64,000 bases of DNA from Marsupella aquatica. Lineage: Eukaryota > Plantae > Marchantiophyta. Below the pieces are notes generated by a model. It was given only the letters and a program-made list of their open reading frames with translations. It was not told where the DNA came from and searched no databases. Both the position numbers and the translations under genes were made by a program. Where the stretch lies: NCBI GenBank assembly GCA_973895155.1, contig OZ316899.1:10629135-10693134 (forward strand). Reading direction: 5' to 3'. Positions 1 to 11,686 of this stretch are shown one piece after another (position 1 is the stretch's first letter; every line of letters begins with the position of its first letter).

Positions 1-30
1 ACTATTGTCCATGCAAACAATTCACATTAC

Positions 31-3000
31 TCATGGCAGAGGCACACTGTTGGTATCTGCATCTCTGAATTTGCCTCCTTCAGCAAATGCATCTACCCTT
101 GTCACAGGAATGAAGTCCCCGCTATCATGAACTATAGGTACTTGGTCTGAACACCGATGATCAAAGGCACTATGAGAGTGTAAATGAAACTCAAGGTTTG
201 ATCCTTCCATCCGACGTTGCCTGGCCTGTTTATGACACACTACACGTCAACCTGGGGAGTCTTCCACATCCAGGAAGAAAGCTTGCTCCACCTGACTGGG
301 AAACACAAATGGCTCAGACCATTCGGGCAATTTCCCTCTGAAATTGGCCAGCAAGAAACCGTCGTTGTCTCTCTTCATGGTAGCCCTATTACCAAGCCAA
401 TCCTGCCGCACCCATGAACCTTTCATAAGAATCACAGGATTGGACACCGCCCCATAGTCCAGAGCCCATATGTCAACTAATTCTCCCACATATCCCATCT
501 CCATCCAAGCCATGTTGTGATTGTGGCTCTGTTGCTCAAATACAGTGATGAGACCACAGTCATTTGTCACCTTGTAGGCATTGTCACCATCCTTCACTCA
601 AAAGTGATTCCCATATGCTCTCATCCGTTTGTAAGTCTTCACTTTCAGGCTAGGGGCATTAGACAGTAGGTAAATGTCTGCATCCATGTCTGGGTGGGTC
701 TCGTGATGCTCTCTAATTGCCACTGTAATCCACTCCATGAAACCTGGAAAAGTTGTTCCTGCAGTGGGATGGGCCGCCTTCAATGACTCATACTCCCTGA
801 ACAAACAACCACACAGCATTAGCTTGGGTAAATATGAACAGGTTGAAGGAGAAAATCACACGCACACAACATTTAAGCTCATGAACTGGATTATAGCACA
901 TGTATGCACTCACTGTATCCAGGGTTCCATCACCACAGTGTTGTGCAATACAAAGTCATGTGCCAAGTCTCTCATAGATGTGGTCAGGTTCTTTGTGGTT
1001 GCAGCCCCTTCCAGTACTTCACCTATCACCCCTTCCTCCTCATCAGAATTCCACACCCTGGTCTTCACATGCTCATATTGTGCTATGTATTTGGTTAGAA
1101 ATCCCAGAGTCTCATCCTTGATGTAACCTTTAGCCATGCTTGCTTCAGGTTCGTAATATGTTCTCACGTGACCTTTGAGTAGCTTCATATACCGTTCCAA
1201 AGGGTACAACCAACGAGCACTCACAGGCCCAAATTGGTGTAGCTCTTCCACAACATGGACAAGTAGGTGGGTCATGACATCAAAAAATGCGGGAGGAAAA
1301 TAAATCTCCAGGTCACACAACACCTGAGCGACATCTTCTATTAGTTGTGGGAAGTGTGTTTCATCCCAAACCTTCACACAAATACGATGAAACACATCAC
1401 TGAGTTGCATGATCACATTACGAACAGGCTTCTGCAACAGGCCCCTTGGACATAAAGGCAACACCTGTTGCATCAACATATGGTAGCCATGGCTTTTCAT
1501 ACTACCAAGCTTTCTAGTCATGATATGCTTCTTAAAAGCACTGCCATAGTTTGAAGGAACCTTCAAAGAACTCAACCTCTGCACAAATAGTTGCCACTCT
1601 GTGTCTGTCAGAACATAGGGCGCTTGGTACTTCAAGAGCACATCAGCTCTGTGGGCATGTGGCCTCAACCAAAGATGGGGTTTCATTCCCCTCTGTTCAA
1701 GATCCAATCTTAGTGAACCAGTGTCTTTCTCTCCACACAAGAATCTGAGTAGACTCTCACAAATATTCTTCTCAATGTGCATAACATCAATGTTATGTTT
1801 GCTTGGCTCAAACTCCTGCACCATTGCAATGCAAAAGCGTCAGCAAATGCCTCAAGTTTAGTCTCTCTCTTCAAAATGAATGCACATGCTCTGAACCAAA
1901 ACATGTATCCCAATTAGCATCAACTCCAAGAGGCTTACCCTCCAATACTTGAGCTCCAAGTCCAATATGCTCAGTCTTTTTACACCATATCGCTTTATTG
2001 GATCACTCACTCCATCTTCCTTGCCCCCTCGTTTGATATAGTCATCCCTCAGTACTCCCCACTGCATGATCTCCTCTTTGGTCACTCGTGCTGGGGGTCC
2101 ACGTTGCTCAATCTCATTGCCAAAGTGTGCAACCAGTGCCTGCTTTCTCTGTAAGGGTGATCTGCCTTCAAAAAATGACGATGGCCCATGTATATCACTT
2201 TCTGCAGGGCTCTGGAGTACTCACTGGTGACATTGCGCCCACAGATAGTACAAGCACAGTATCCTTTTGTTGTTTGGCCTGATATCATCCCATGGGCTGG
2301 GTAGTCAGCTATAGTTAGAATGACGATGGCTCTAAGGATGAATGGGTTTAACCTCCCAAGCCTCTGTAGGACATCATATGTGAGGACTCCTTCCTCCCAA
2401 AGCTTTCTCAATTCCTCCACTAGGGGAGCCAAAAACACATCTATGCTGGCAGATACAGCACTGTCTGGCCCTGGTATCAGTAGGACCATCAGAACAAAAA
2501 ATTGCTTTGTAGTCATCCAAGGAGGAAGGTTATAATTCAAAATAGTTACAGGCCAACACAAAAATTTGTTGTTCTTGTCTCCAAATGGGTTTACCCCATC
2601 CAATGACAGCCCAAGTCTGACATTCCTCGGCTCAGTAGCAAATTTGGGATACATCTCATCTATGAGTTTCCACTGCCTTGAATCTGCAGCATGTCATTGT
2701 AGCCCATCATCACTTTTCTTGTCAGTTGCCCAAGTCATCATCTCCAAGATGGCACGGCTTCTGAACATCCGCTGAAGTCTGGGAATGAGTGGAAAATGAC
2801 GAAGTACCTTGGCGGGAACCATAGACTTTCTTGAGTTCCGATACCTGTGCTTTCCACACTTAGGGCATGTCAACGATTCTGCATACTCCTTTCTGAAAAG
2901 AACATGCCCATCAGGACAGGCATGGATGGAATCATAGTTCAATCCAAGATTAGATATGCATCTTTTTGCCTTGTACATGTTCTTGGGCAAAATATTACCA

Positions 3001-3760
3001 TCTGGTAGCACAGTTGGTCGCAAGAATGCCAACAACTTAGAAACCAAAATGTTGGGGACATTGTGGTTGCCGCAAATGTTCAGGAACATGATGACAAATC
3101 CCAGTTTAGAACATTTGCTACCGGGGTACAAAGACTTCCCGCCTTCCTGTATTTGTAGGGGGGAGCCAAACATCCCATCATGCCAAGGGGTTTCCTGCCC
3201 TATCTCAAACTCATCAACAGGCTCTTCGACAAGGGTACACTTGCATCTGCAGCCATATCCTCTTTGTTGTCCAGCCCATCGTGAAATGCATCCAAGTCTT
3301 GGAAGATGTCTCTCACCATCTCTTCCACATGAATTCCTTTGTCACGTGGTGCTGCCTGAGCACCATCCCGTTGGAGAGCTGACAACCCATAGAGACCAGC
3401 TACAACATTTTCAAATGCACCAGGCAGAACCTCACTTGCCCGTCTTGCAGCATTGGCAGCATCAAATTCTAACCTCCACTCCTCGTCGGAAGAATCTTCC
3501 TTTGTAGGATCATTCCAAACTCGATGTCGTGGATCTCTTCCATGAACCGCGATATGCCGCCAAACCTCATTCAGACCCCTGGTACGGGATCCTTGGCAGA
3601 TTGCACAAGGACATCTCATCCTACTGGCTCCTGAAAGTCTGGTTTGTAACCTTTCACGCTGCCAAAGCTTATTATCATGGCGTGATATCCTTGTGGGATG
3701 ATGCAAAGGCAGTGCCTGTGCCCTGGGCTGGGTCTGGGGAGGGTGGTGACCAGGGTGCAT
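31..3760 (-). pseudogene. TnpD-like CACTA transposase (transposase-associated, Transposase_21, DUF4218, DUF4216-like regions), with stops and frameshifts
   Basis: Motifs RMRCPCAIC, LGLNYDSIHACPDG..CPKC, EPRNVRLGLSLDGVNPFG, HNIDVMHIEKNICESLL, FPPAFFDVMTHLLVH, EPFVFPSQVEQAFF. GT-AG intron 1816-1938 and another near 796-912. In-frame TGA at 598-600 and 2694-2696. Confidence 0.93.
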
Positions 3761-4106
3761 TGTAACAGGCTGGGAGCTCTGCAGTCATGGACAGCAGTGA
3801 ACAAGGATGCCTAATGGTGGTATTTGTGTTCCATATATCCCTGACTGTATCTGCCAAAAGAGTTAACATAACGTGTACTAAATTCTCACAAACCCTAAAC
3901 CACCCCAAAAGGAAAAAATAGGTTCGCGAGTAGTGTACCTATTGTCAAGTGAATGACACAAATTTTCTAAATGTTGGAGGGTGTCACCATCTCCTCCGCT
4001 GTCCTCAAATGTACCGCCTCTACATGTACACCCATGACCATATCAGAGTCCAATCATGTATAGTCACAAGCACAGGTGTGAGAGCGGTATCAGATATCTC
4101 ACCTTA

Positions 4107-4625
4107 TTACCAAGTGAGATATGGGTACCAACCCTGTTCTCGATGCCACTCAGACCTTAGGTACTCAGGCATGTACATTAAATCATCAAGGTCTAAACCC
4201 TGCTCATGCCATGGGGGTCTTGCATCCGTGCCTACAAGTAGTGGATGCAATGCCCTCCACTGGGGGCAAGTTTCTACCAAGTCCCTCCACCGTGTATTAA
4301 TTTGTCTATATTTGCAGATATCTTGTGTACAGGACACCACAAGAACCCTCGGCCAGACATGTGAAAGAACTATATCATCTGCCAAATCAGGCAACAAGGA
4401 ACCACCTACAACATTGGGCTTGTCTAACTCATCTGCTGAAAAGTAGATGTCCACTTCGGACTGTGCATCCTCATTCACGATAGATTCAGCGTCTCTTGCA
4501 TCCTCGGGCGGTGCCAAGAAATGTTTTAGCACCAACCCATGCAGGAGAGTCCTAACTGTGGCCAGCCCTATGGCAACCCGGAGGAGGAGCCGTAATAGCG
4601 CCTGTTGATCTAGGAAAGGCAACAT
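4107..4625 (-). CDS. F-box-like protein, CACTA cargo (copy A, open frame)
   Basis: LLPDLADDIVLSHVWPRV...INTRWRDLV resembles a plant F-box motif. ATG (MLP..) is at the same position in copy B. The frame is open to 4748. Confidence 0.6.
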   Translation of the reverse strand: MLPFLDQQALLRLLLRVAIGLATVRTLLHGLVLKHFLAPPEDARDAESIVNEDAQSEVDIYFSADELDKPNVVGGSLLPDLADDIVLSHVWPRVLVVSCTQDICKYRQINTRWRDLVETCPQWRALHPLLVGTDARPPWHEQGLDLDDLMYMPEYLRSEWHREQGWYPYLTW

Positions 4626-4831
4626 ACCCACCAAATTCTGTCGCCGAGATTTGAGCCCACCCAGTATGTTTACAGTGACACCCCCAGGCAGCAGGTAACA
4701 ACAATCCACCAACAGTAAAATAAGCCCAACTGCCACCAACCATAACAAGGTACATTAGTTCAAAGATCACATTTATTCCAATGATCTGATTTATACAAAA
4801 AAACTTGTGTCCAAACTGATGCTACTACTCC

Positions 4832-5710
4832 TCACTCTGATTCAGAATTGCTAATGACCCATTCCTCACTTGTTGTCTCATAGTCCTCTCTGTAAGGATC
4901 CTGACCCTTCCGTGGCCAGGCCTCAAAAAGATCATAGTCCATTGGGTTTTGACGCTTCCCAGCTGCTACTGATTCCACAAGCCAAGCATATGAAACCACA
5001 AACACATTATGGGACATGACATAAAAGTGAATGTCTCCCTTCCCAAACTTGCGGCAGGCTTTGGGATATGACATAGTAATGACATGAGTGGTGTCCTCTG
5101 TTATATTCTCCTCCACTGTCCCACCTAGGTCAAGCACTGTGGACTTGTACACTTTGCACTCAACCTCTCCAATTCCCGCCTCCACAAATACCATGCTCAA
5201 CCCTTTCAGAATGGGGGTTGGTTGCTTCGTCTCCTCAGCCAACATACTCTTCAGCCTTGTAGAGCTCTGTCCTTTGTTGAGTACAGGTCCATATTGGAGA
5301 TCAGCAAGCCGTGCCTTTGCTTCCCAGACTTCTTGTTCAGCCCAAGCTGATGTAGTAGCTTCTTCATCCTCCCACATCTCATATTGCTCAGTATCATGTA
5401 CAATCTTATGTGCTATGGAATCTGTGATCCAAGAGGCCTCAACTACTTTTAGGCCTTGCTTAGTAATTGCAGAATTCATGTAGGACCATGACCACTTCTT
5501 TATCACTGATAGCCATGTCCCTGCAACAACATGTGTAGTCTCTGGAGTGATGTCCTGAACTACAGTGCCATGGAGCTCAGAGAATCGTTTCTGTACAGTT
5601 GGCCAATGCACTTTGGTCAACCCATGCTGGCCATGGACCAAAATGGCTCTGACCCCTGTAAACACTGCTTGGTGGTCACACTTTCTACGTTTCCCAGGCT
5701 CCATGTACAC
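4832..5710 (-). CDS. Tandem BRCT-domain protein (DNA polymerase lambda-type BRCT x2), CACTA cargo
   Basis: Two BRCT signatures: HGTVVQDITPETTHVV...VVEASWITDSI and LGGTVEENITEDTTHVI...VVSYAWLVESV. Intact 292-aa frame. AATAAA downstream (tttatt near 4770) is conserved in copy B. Confidence 0.85.
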   Translation of the reverse strand: MYMEPGKRRKCDHQAVFTGVRAILVHGQHGLTKVHWPTVQKRFSELHGTVVQDITPETTHVVAGTWLSVIKKWSWSYMNSAITKQGLKVVEASWITDSIAHKIVHDTEQYEMWEDEEATTSAWAEQEVWEAKARLADLQYGPVLNKGQSSTRLKSMLAEETKQPTPILKGLSMVFVEAGIGEVECKVYKSTVLDLGGTVEENITEDTTHVITMSYPKACRKFGKGDIHFYVMSHNVFVVSYAWLVESVAAGKRQNPMDYDLFEAWPRKGQDPYREDYETTSEEWVISNSESE

Positions 5711-6296
5711 ACACCCTACGTGATGAGAGTGAATTTTGGAAAAATGGGTTCACCTGACAATACAAGGACAACAAAATTCCTGCTTTTTGAGTTGATCTGG
5801 CCCACTGGTGCTCAGGTCCAATTTTGATAGGTACAAGGGATATGTGAACAATATATACTAGGCACCTGCACGGATGTAGGACATTGTTTGAATATATACT
5901 ACAAAATCCATATCGAAGGTGAAATGAAGTGCAACCAACTTGTCATGGCACATACATATTTTGTTGTAAAGGAGGATACGTTCAATGACAAACTTATAGG
6001 GAAATTTGATTAATTGCATGCTTGATAATTTATACGCTTACAACTTAGAAGTCCTATTTTAATTTAGCAGTCTGATGAAAGTGTTTATGAAAATGACCAC
6101 TCAGCCTAAATACTTCCAAGAAGGCTTGTAAGGATAACTTTTTATAGGCATGTACCCAGCCACTGACGCCAAAGCACAAGATAAGTGCTGCCTATATAAA
6201 CTCGCCTACCCAACTCGTTTTCAAAATTGGAATCTCTGCAATCTCAAAAAATAGTACATCCACATCAGGTGCACTGTGCATATACAATGTTCAGCT

Positions 6297-6977
6297 TCAT
6301 AGCCAAGATATGTGATCTCTCACAGGAGTGCGCAAGGTAGGATCAATGGCATGGCGATGACAATAAAATATCCATCGATCAACACCATGTGCAGAGTGAT
6401 CATAGATTTCTCTGTCACAAGCATAACCGTCTGCTTGACGATCTTTCAGGCAATGATAGTGCCACATGGTGGGACACCTAGCATAGTGGACTATGTCAAT
6501 CCAGTACTCATGATCATGCTCACCACATGCCTTGCACCTATGAAGTGGGCAAGCTGTGACATGAGCAGGCAAACACTCTAAACAAAAAAATCTCACACAA
6601 AAACGGTCTGGACATTTCCTAACATTTGCTGCAGCATCAATAGAGCCCTCATAGGACCCCAACTTCCCACACTGTGCACACTTAGCCTGCTTCTCCAAAC
6701 AATCAGTGCACATCCAGTCTCCCTGGTGTGTTGACGGGAAGCCCACCCCTGGACAGTTGTTTTCTGCAGCAAGGTCAGACTCCGGGTTGAGGTGGAAATG
6801 CCTCATGCAAGGGCCCTCACAAATGACCAGGCCCCCACCATCGTCACAAATGGCAAAACAATGAGCTGCCTTCTGGAAAATCTGACTTGCAGAGAAGTTA
6901 GTAGCATCTACCCCAAGTACACCTGTGTTTCTCACCTCTGTCACACGCTTTTTGGCTTGAATTTTAGGTCATGCCAT
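6297..6977 (-). pseudogene. EDM2-like composite PHD-finger gene, copy A, damaged
   Basis: Collinear with 41332-42012. Has ATG GCA TGA (stop at codon 3, Arg in copy B), and two Cys present in B are lost (CAIC->FAIC, CVRC->YARC). Confidence 0.82.
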
Positions 6978-6990
6978 GCCTGCGCATGAG

Positions 6991-7132
6991 ATAGACTCTA
7001 CAATTTAGCACACTGCACATAAAGTAATATATATTTAGCATTTAAGGTACAAAGGCATTTAGATAGACTCTACAATTTAGCAGACTACACAGAAAGTAAA
7101 ATATATTTAGCATTTAAGGTACAAAGGCATTT
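6991..7132. repeat. Tandem duplication of a ~72-bp unit
   Basis: atagactctacaatttagca...aggtacaaaggcattt occurs twice head to tail. Confidence 0.85.
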
Positions 7133-7751
7133 GCTACTGCAATGAATTGGAATGGCCACACAAGGATGCAGAGCAGACATACTTTTGGTATGTTGAGCCA
7201 ACACACAAAACTGATCCCCTAATACAGTTGCTCCACCAACACCTCAATTTTAATTGTGGCTATGATTCACCAAAGGAGATCTGCAACTTACAACATTTCA
7301 TGCATTTGAATCACATACAATAGTCGTGACATGTAAAATAGGCATTCTTCAAAGAGGATTGGTATGAAGCAGTGTCATAAGGGTTGAAATTTATACATCC
7401 TAAATAGGCTATGATAGTGGTTGAGACAAATAAGTGAGGCATAAATCACATTTTACAGGTTATCACATGGCCCATTAATTCATTGAATGTTGCAATGTTC
7501 ACCAGGTTAAAGCAGTCATGAAAGCAGTCTTTCAATAGAGACTTTTAAGTGAGTTTGCTAGCCTCTTAAATTAGGATGTTTTGCTTAGTGCAGGCATAAT
7601 AGGATAAGTTATGTACTGTTGACCCTAAACCCTGGACCCAAAATTGCTCATACATCAAAATTTTAAGTAAATATCCTTTGTGTTGAAGTCAGAGTGTTAA
7701 GCTATAGGTCAATGGTATTTGGTCTGTGCATGCGGTGTGACAAGTGGTCCT

Positions 7752-8201
7752 CTAGAGCATGTGATCCAAACATGTGTAGACACCAAAGTCACCGGTGATG
7801 GGGTCTGGGAGGGCAGGACAAGTAACATCACCAGGCACACTGGAGGATGGCGAGTGGTTCCAGATGATACATTGTGCTCTGTGCAAAAATCGGCATCCAA
7901 GAGAACGGTCATCCAATTCTGAGCCAGAAGCCCTACAGGCAGGACAGTCATATTGGCAACTGTGCACACACCCTTGGCACCTAATTTGTGGTGGGTCATG
8001 TACAAGAGACACAAATACCAAGGATGTCGGGAAGGGTACTGAAGCAGGTAGAGGCCGGCTGTAGTTGTTCTTGGAAACAACAGGGTACTCAAAGTACCAT
8101 GCAGACTGGGCTGGAAGGATCCCAAGTCTGACATACTCAAGGTGCAACATCTCTGTCTTGCGTGCAAGCCGCACATGTTCAGTGTTGCGGGTCCTTACCA
8201 T
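7752..8201 (-). CDS. Cys-rich orphan ORF (149 aa), CACTA cargo
   Basis: Same start, stop and length as 42681-43130. CQGCVHSCQYDCPAC core is invariant. No family recognised. Confidence 0.5.
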   Translation of the reverse strand: MVRTRNTEHVRLARKTEMLHLEYVRLGILPAQSAWYFEYPVVSKNNYSRPLPASVPFPTSLVFVSLVHDPPQIRCQGCVHSCQYDCPACRASGSELDDRSLGCRFLHRAQCIIWNHSPSSSVPGDVTCPALPDPITGDFGVYTCLDHML

Positions 8202-8501
8202 AAGTGTTGCTTTTGTTGTGATGTCCTCTGTTCACGTCCTTTGATGAGCAAGGCAAGCAGGAGGTCAACTTGCCTCGCCAACAGCAACCAACCTAAACTA
8301 ATCAGTTCCCATTCACTGTCTTGGTTCCAACTACAGGTCATAGTATACATATAGCATGAAACGTGCATAGTACATATTTGATTATGAGTTTATGAGTTTC
8401 CTAAGACAAAGAGCTTGGTGATAAACCCATGATCTCGACGGACATGTATATCAATCATATTAAGATCCTGTTTTTTCATTCAGAAAGACCGAAAGTCTCA
8501 C

Positions 8502-8561
8502 CTTGCAGGTTGCACCAGAGAGAAAATTCACTGGCTGCCGTGTTGTGCAAGTGAACCTCCA
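8502..8561 (-). other. Putative 60-nt leader exon
   Basis: Bounded by CAG| and |GTGAG on the minus strand. A 60-nt counterpart lies at 43380-43439, and A/B homology stops at the acceptor. Confidence 0.6.
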
Positions 8562-8714
8562 CTGATGCCCCCGGTGTAGCCCCTCGGATGCAGGTGACAC
8601 TTACCAACTCCCAAGTTGCCTGGTCTAACAGAAAATGCTTATATCTTTAGAACTTTATAGAGCAAGTACATGATCACATGGCGTTGGCCCTACCAAACTG
8701 TACGTTCAGACAAA

Positions 8715-8813
8715 GACTACAATATTCAGAAAGAGTCAACTCTACACTTGGTTCATACACATACTTATGGATCTATTCATATTTGGCCTTATGGAACTCT
8801 TGCCAACTACAAC
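8715..8813 (+). pseudogene. Scrambled ubiquitin fragments
   Basis: DYNIQKESTLHLV at 8715-8753 and GTLANYN near 8793-8813 (ubiquitin GRTLADYNIQKESTLHLV). Confidence 0.75.
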
Positions 8814-9303
8814 TCCCATTATGCACAAGCTCACATCAGCAGAGAAAGATACAGAATGCATACTTACTATGGCTGTAAGCACCTTCACTACCTTGTTGAA
8901 CCCAGTCCTGAAGTCTTTTCAGCGTGTTTGTTGTGCTGTCTCCTTTGATACCCAACACCTTAGTCCTTGATGTAACAGAATGCGATTTGACAAGTTAGAT
9001 GCTTTGGAACCTTCTATGGTCTTAGCTGAATTGATGTCATCATGAGTGGTGAAAGACAAGGAAGACGAAAGCTGCTTGAAGAGCTATGGACAACACACTA
9101 GCATGAAGTGCTTTCAACCAATCCACTGCCAAACGGAACTCTTACACAGTCACATTCTTTCAGTAAACAGAAACTCAGTCAAACTTCATAATCAAAGTAC
9201 AGACTCTGAAGGACCAAAGGAGGATGTTGTGAGTTTCTCTGTTGTTTAATGTGTTACCCTTCTAGTTTCGAAGTTAGCAAATGCTGAATAATGTGTCTAC
9301 CAG

Positions 9304-9645
9304 ATCTTCGAAAAGAAGCCCACCACAATTAAGAACTTCGGTACCTGGGTGAGGTATCAGAGTCGTACAGGTTATCACAACATGTACAAGGAATATCGTG
9401 ATACCACGTTGAACGGAGTTGTAGAGCAGATGTATGATGAGATGGCTTCTTGTCATAGAGTTCGGTTCCCTTGCATCCAGATCATCAAGACTACGACAGT
9501 CCCTGTCTCTCTGTGCAAGCGAGAAAGTACCAAGCAGTTCCATGATTCAAAGATCAAGTTCCCCTTGAGGTACCGCAAGATTCAACCTCCATCGCGAAAG
9601 CTAAAGACGACTTACAAGGCCACCAAGCCCAACACATTTGTTTGA
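9304..9645 (+). pseudogene. RPL18A: Captured last exon of 60S ribosomal protein L18a (eL20)
   Basis: [38 protein letters not shown]...[13 protein letters not shown], preceded by a CAG acceptor (9301-9303). No upstream exons found. Lies inside the CACTA. Confidence 0.9.
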
Positions 9646-11103
9646 GTAGTGCGGGTGCAGGTTCCCAATTTTGAAACAATTTGGCTCATTTTATGTCCCG
9701 GGGGACTCCTGGAGTTTATGTATTGAGTTTCTAGGTCAAGATGCTTAATATAAGGAAATTCAATTATCACTTCGTTCCCAACTTCTATTAATTGAATATA
9801 CACAAGCTGGAAGCAAGAAGACAAGCCACAATCTAGCATCTTAGCCAAACACAATCGTCCCGACAAAGCAAAACTCAGTTGGACAGAAGTCACTCGGATC
9901 CACAAAAAATTGAAGATTCACCTCCAAGCCGGAGGCCGATCACTTCAGTACAGCAGCTTCTGGACGGAACAAACTCTGCTCAGCCTCACAGAAACACAAA
10001 TGTTAAGGCTCCAAGTTAGAGCTCACAAACAGAAACTCAGATAAATAACATTCAAAATCTGTCCAGGTTTGTGCAAAGTGTACATATTCATTCTTCTGGA
10101 ATGAACATGCAATGCATACATCACCTAGACAGTCATTATAAATCATTGGGCAATTGGGGACCACTAAGCAGGTGTGTTCCTATTTCGAGGCTACAGGAAA
10201 GGATAGAGTGACACCAAACTCAAGAGTACACCAAAAGAAAAACAGCAAGAACCAAAGTCAATCATGTGTGGATAAACTGCACATGGGAAGTTCCCTTGAA
10301 GAAGCATCAGTTGCTAACATTGTCACCCGAACCACACCCAGTTTATTACCTCAATGTCTTCAGCCTCAATATCCAATCCTCAGCCCCCTGGTGCTTCCGT
10401 GTTTGTTCTGAAAATTTCTGTGATGAAATAATTATTCACATTCAATAGCAAAGAGAACTCAATCACAAAAGAAAAATAGTTAGTGTGAATGGTAATTTCT
10501 CAACACTTAACTAAATTCAAACCACCAATTCAAGTTGTAAGTTTCAAAAACTTGCCTTTACATGAAGAGAAACCAATTGGCCATGCATGTTACTAAAGCA
10601 ATAAACAAATAATTAGGCTCAACACACAGGCAAACTACTCGAAACATGCTGCTGAGAAGTAGCATTTTTTGAATGTCAGACTATGTGTAAGTGTCATGAT
10701 CGTGCTCCTACGTTTCACAAGGAGGGCTGGCCCGAAAGGGAGAAGCAACAATGTGGAGTCTATACACGTAGCACAAATCCCAGTTTAGAAGGGTGGATGA
10801 AGTTCAGACAAGAGTTCAGAACTTGCCATTTGAGATTGCCAATCTGAACTTCACATTCAGACAGGACTTCATCCAGTTCAGGAGTTCAGATAGGAGTTCA
10901 AACAATCTGAAGAGGACTTTGGACTTGAATGAGGGACAGCGTGGCCATATAGTTATCCTTGTGGCCTTCAGCTGCGTGTCTCAGACTGAATTTCACTTTC
11001 CAGTTTCGAGAGTTGTGAAGGTCTAGTTTTAGTAACTTCCTCCTGACTCGACTTGGGAGCATTCTCTGTATTTGCTAGCTTGTAGTTAGCTTTGACTCCT
11101 GTC

Positions 11104-11686
11104 AGCTTAGTTGACGACCCTCTTGAGATATTAACAATTAGAACAAACACAAGTTGTCAAGACAGATTCCACCGGAGCAAAAAGTCCAAAATCAGGTGAA
11201 AGAAAACCTAAGGAAAGTCCATAAGAACGAAAGTAGGAAGGCAGGCGCACGGGCCACCGAGAAAAGTAAAGGATGCATGTGATTAGTGGGGAGGGATCTT
11301 AGCAAAAACAGGGGAAAGCAAGGGAACTTGCTGCTAAAATCAGCTGAACGATTGCACAGTTCCTATAAATTTAGTGGACCTTAAGGTTGTCTGTTCACCC
11401 CCCCACCCCACCGCCAGAGCACGGGGCACAAGGCATGTTCTGATACAGGGAGGAGCAAAACAGTCATGTCAAGCAAGAAGTGTGGAGAGACCAATCAGTA
11501 AGCAAAAATAGGGGAGAACATACATACTTCAGCAGCAGCAGGAAACAAGAAAGATGATTTCGAGTGGCATCTTAGGGTCGGGGACACCACTGCAACACCG
11601 GGACTTAGGATATGACTTGTTCTTAATCTGCTGATAGCATCCGGCAGGCCGGCGACCCATGGCAAAAGGGTAGAGCAGCAATCCGC
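11104..11686. repeat. ~580-bp direct repeat, copy 1
   Basis: Near-identical to 12318-12896 (agcttagttgacgaccctc...gcagcaatccgc). Confidence 0.9.
11571..11660 (-). pseudogene. RPL10: N-terminal fragment of ribosomal protein L10 (uL16)
   Basis: [30 protein letters not shown] versus canonical [30 protein letters not shown]. Confidence 0.88.

Noticed and set aside
7709-8176. Alternative-frame and antisense ORFs conserved in both CACTA copies
   Set aside because: Explained by high nucleotide identity of the segment; stop positions differ or no motifs are present.
8970-9045. C/D-box snoRNA on the minus strand (ATGATGA...)
   Set aside because: No proper terminal CTGA box and no convincing rRNA antisense element by eye.
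9304-9645. Functional host RPL18A gene
   Set aside because: Only the last exon is present, inside a CACTA; no N-terminal exons found.
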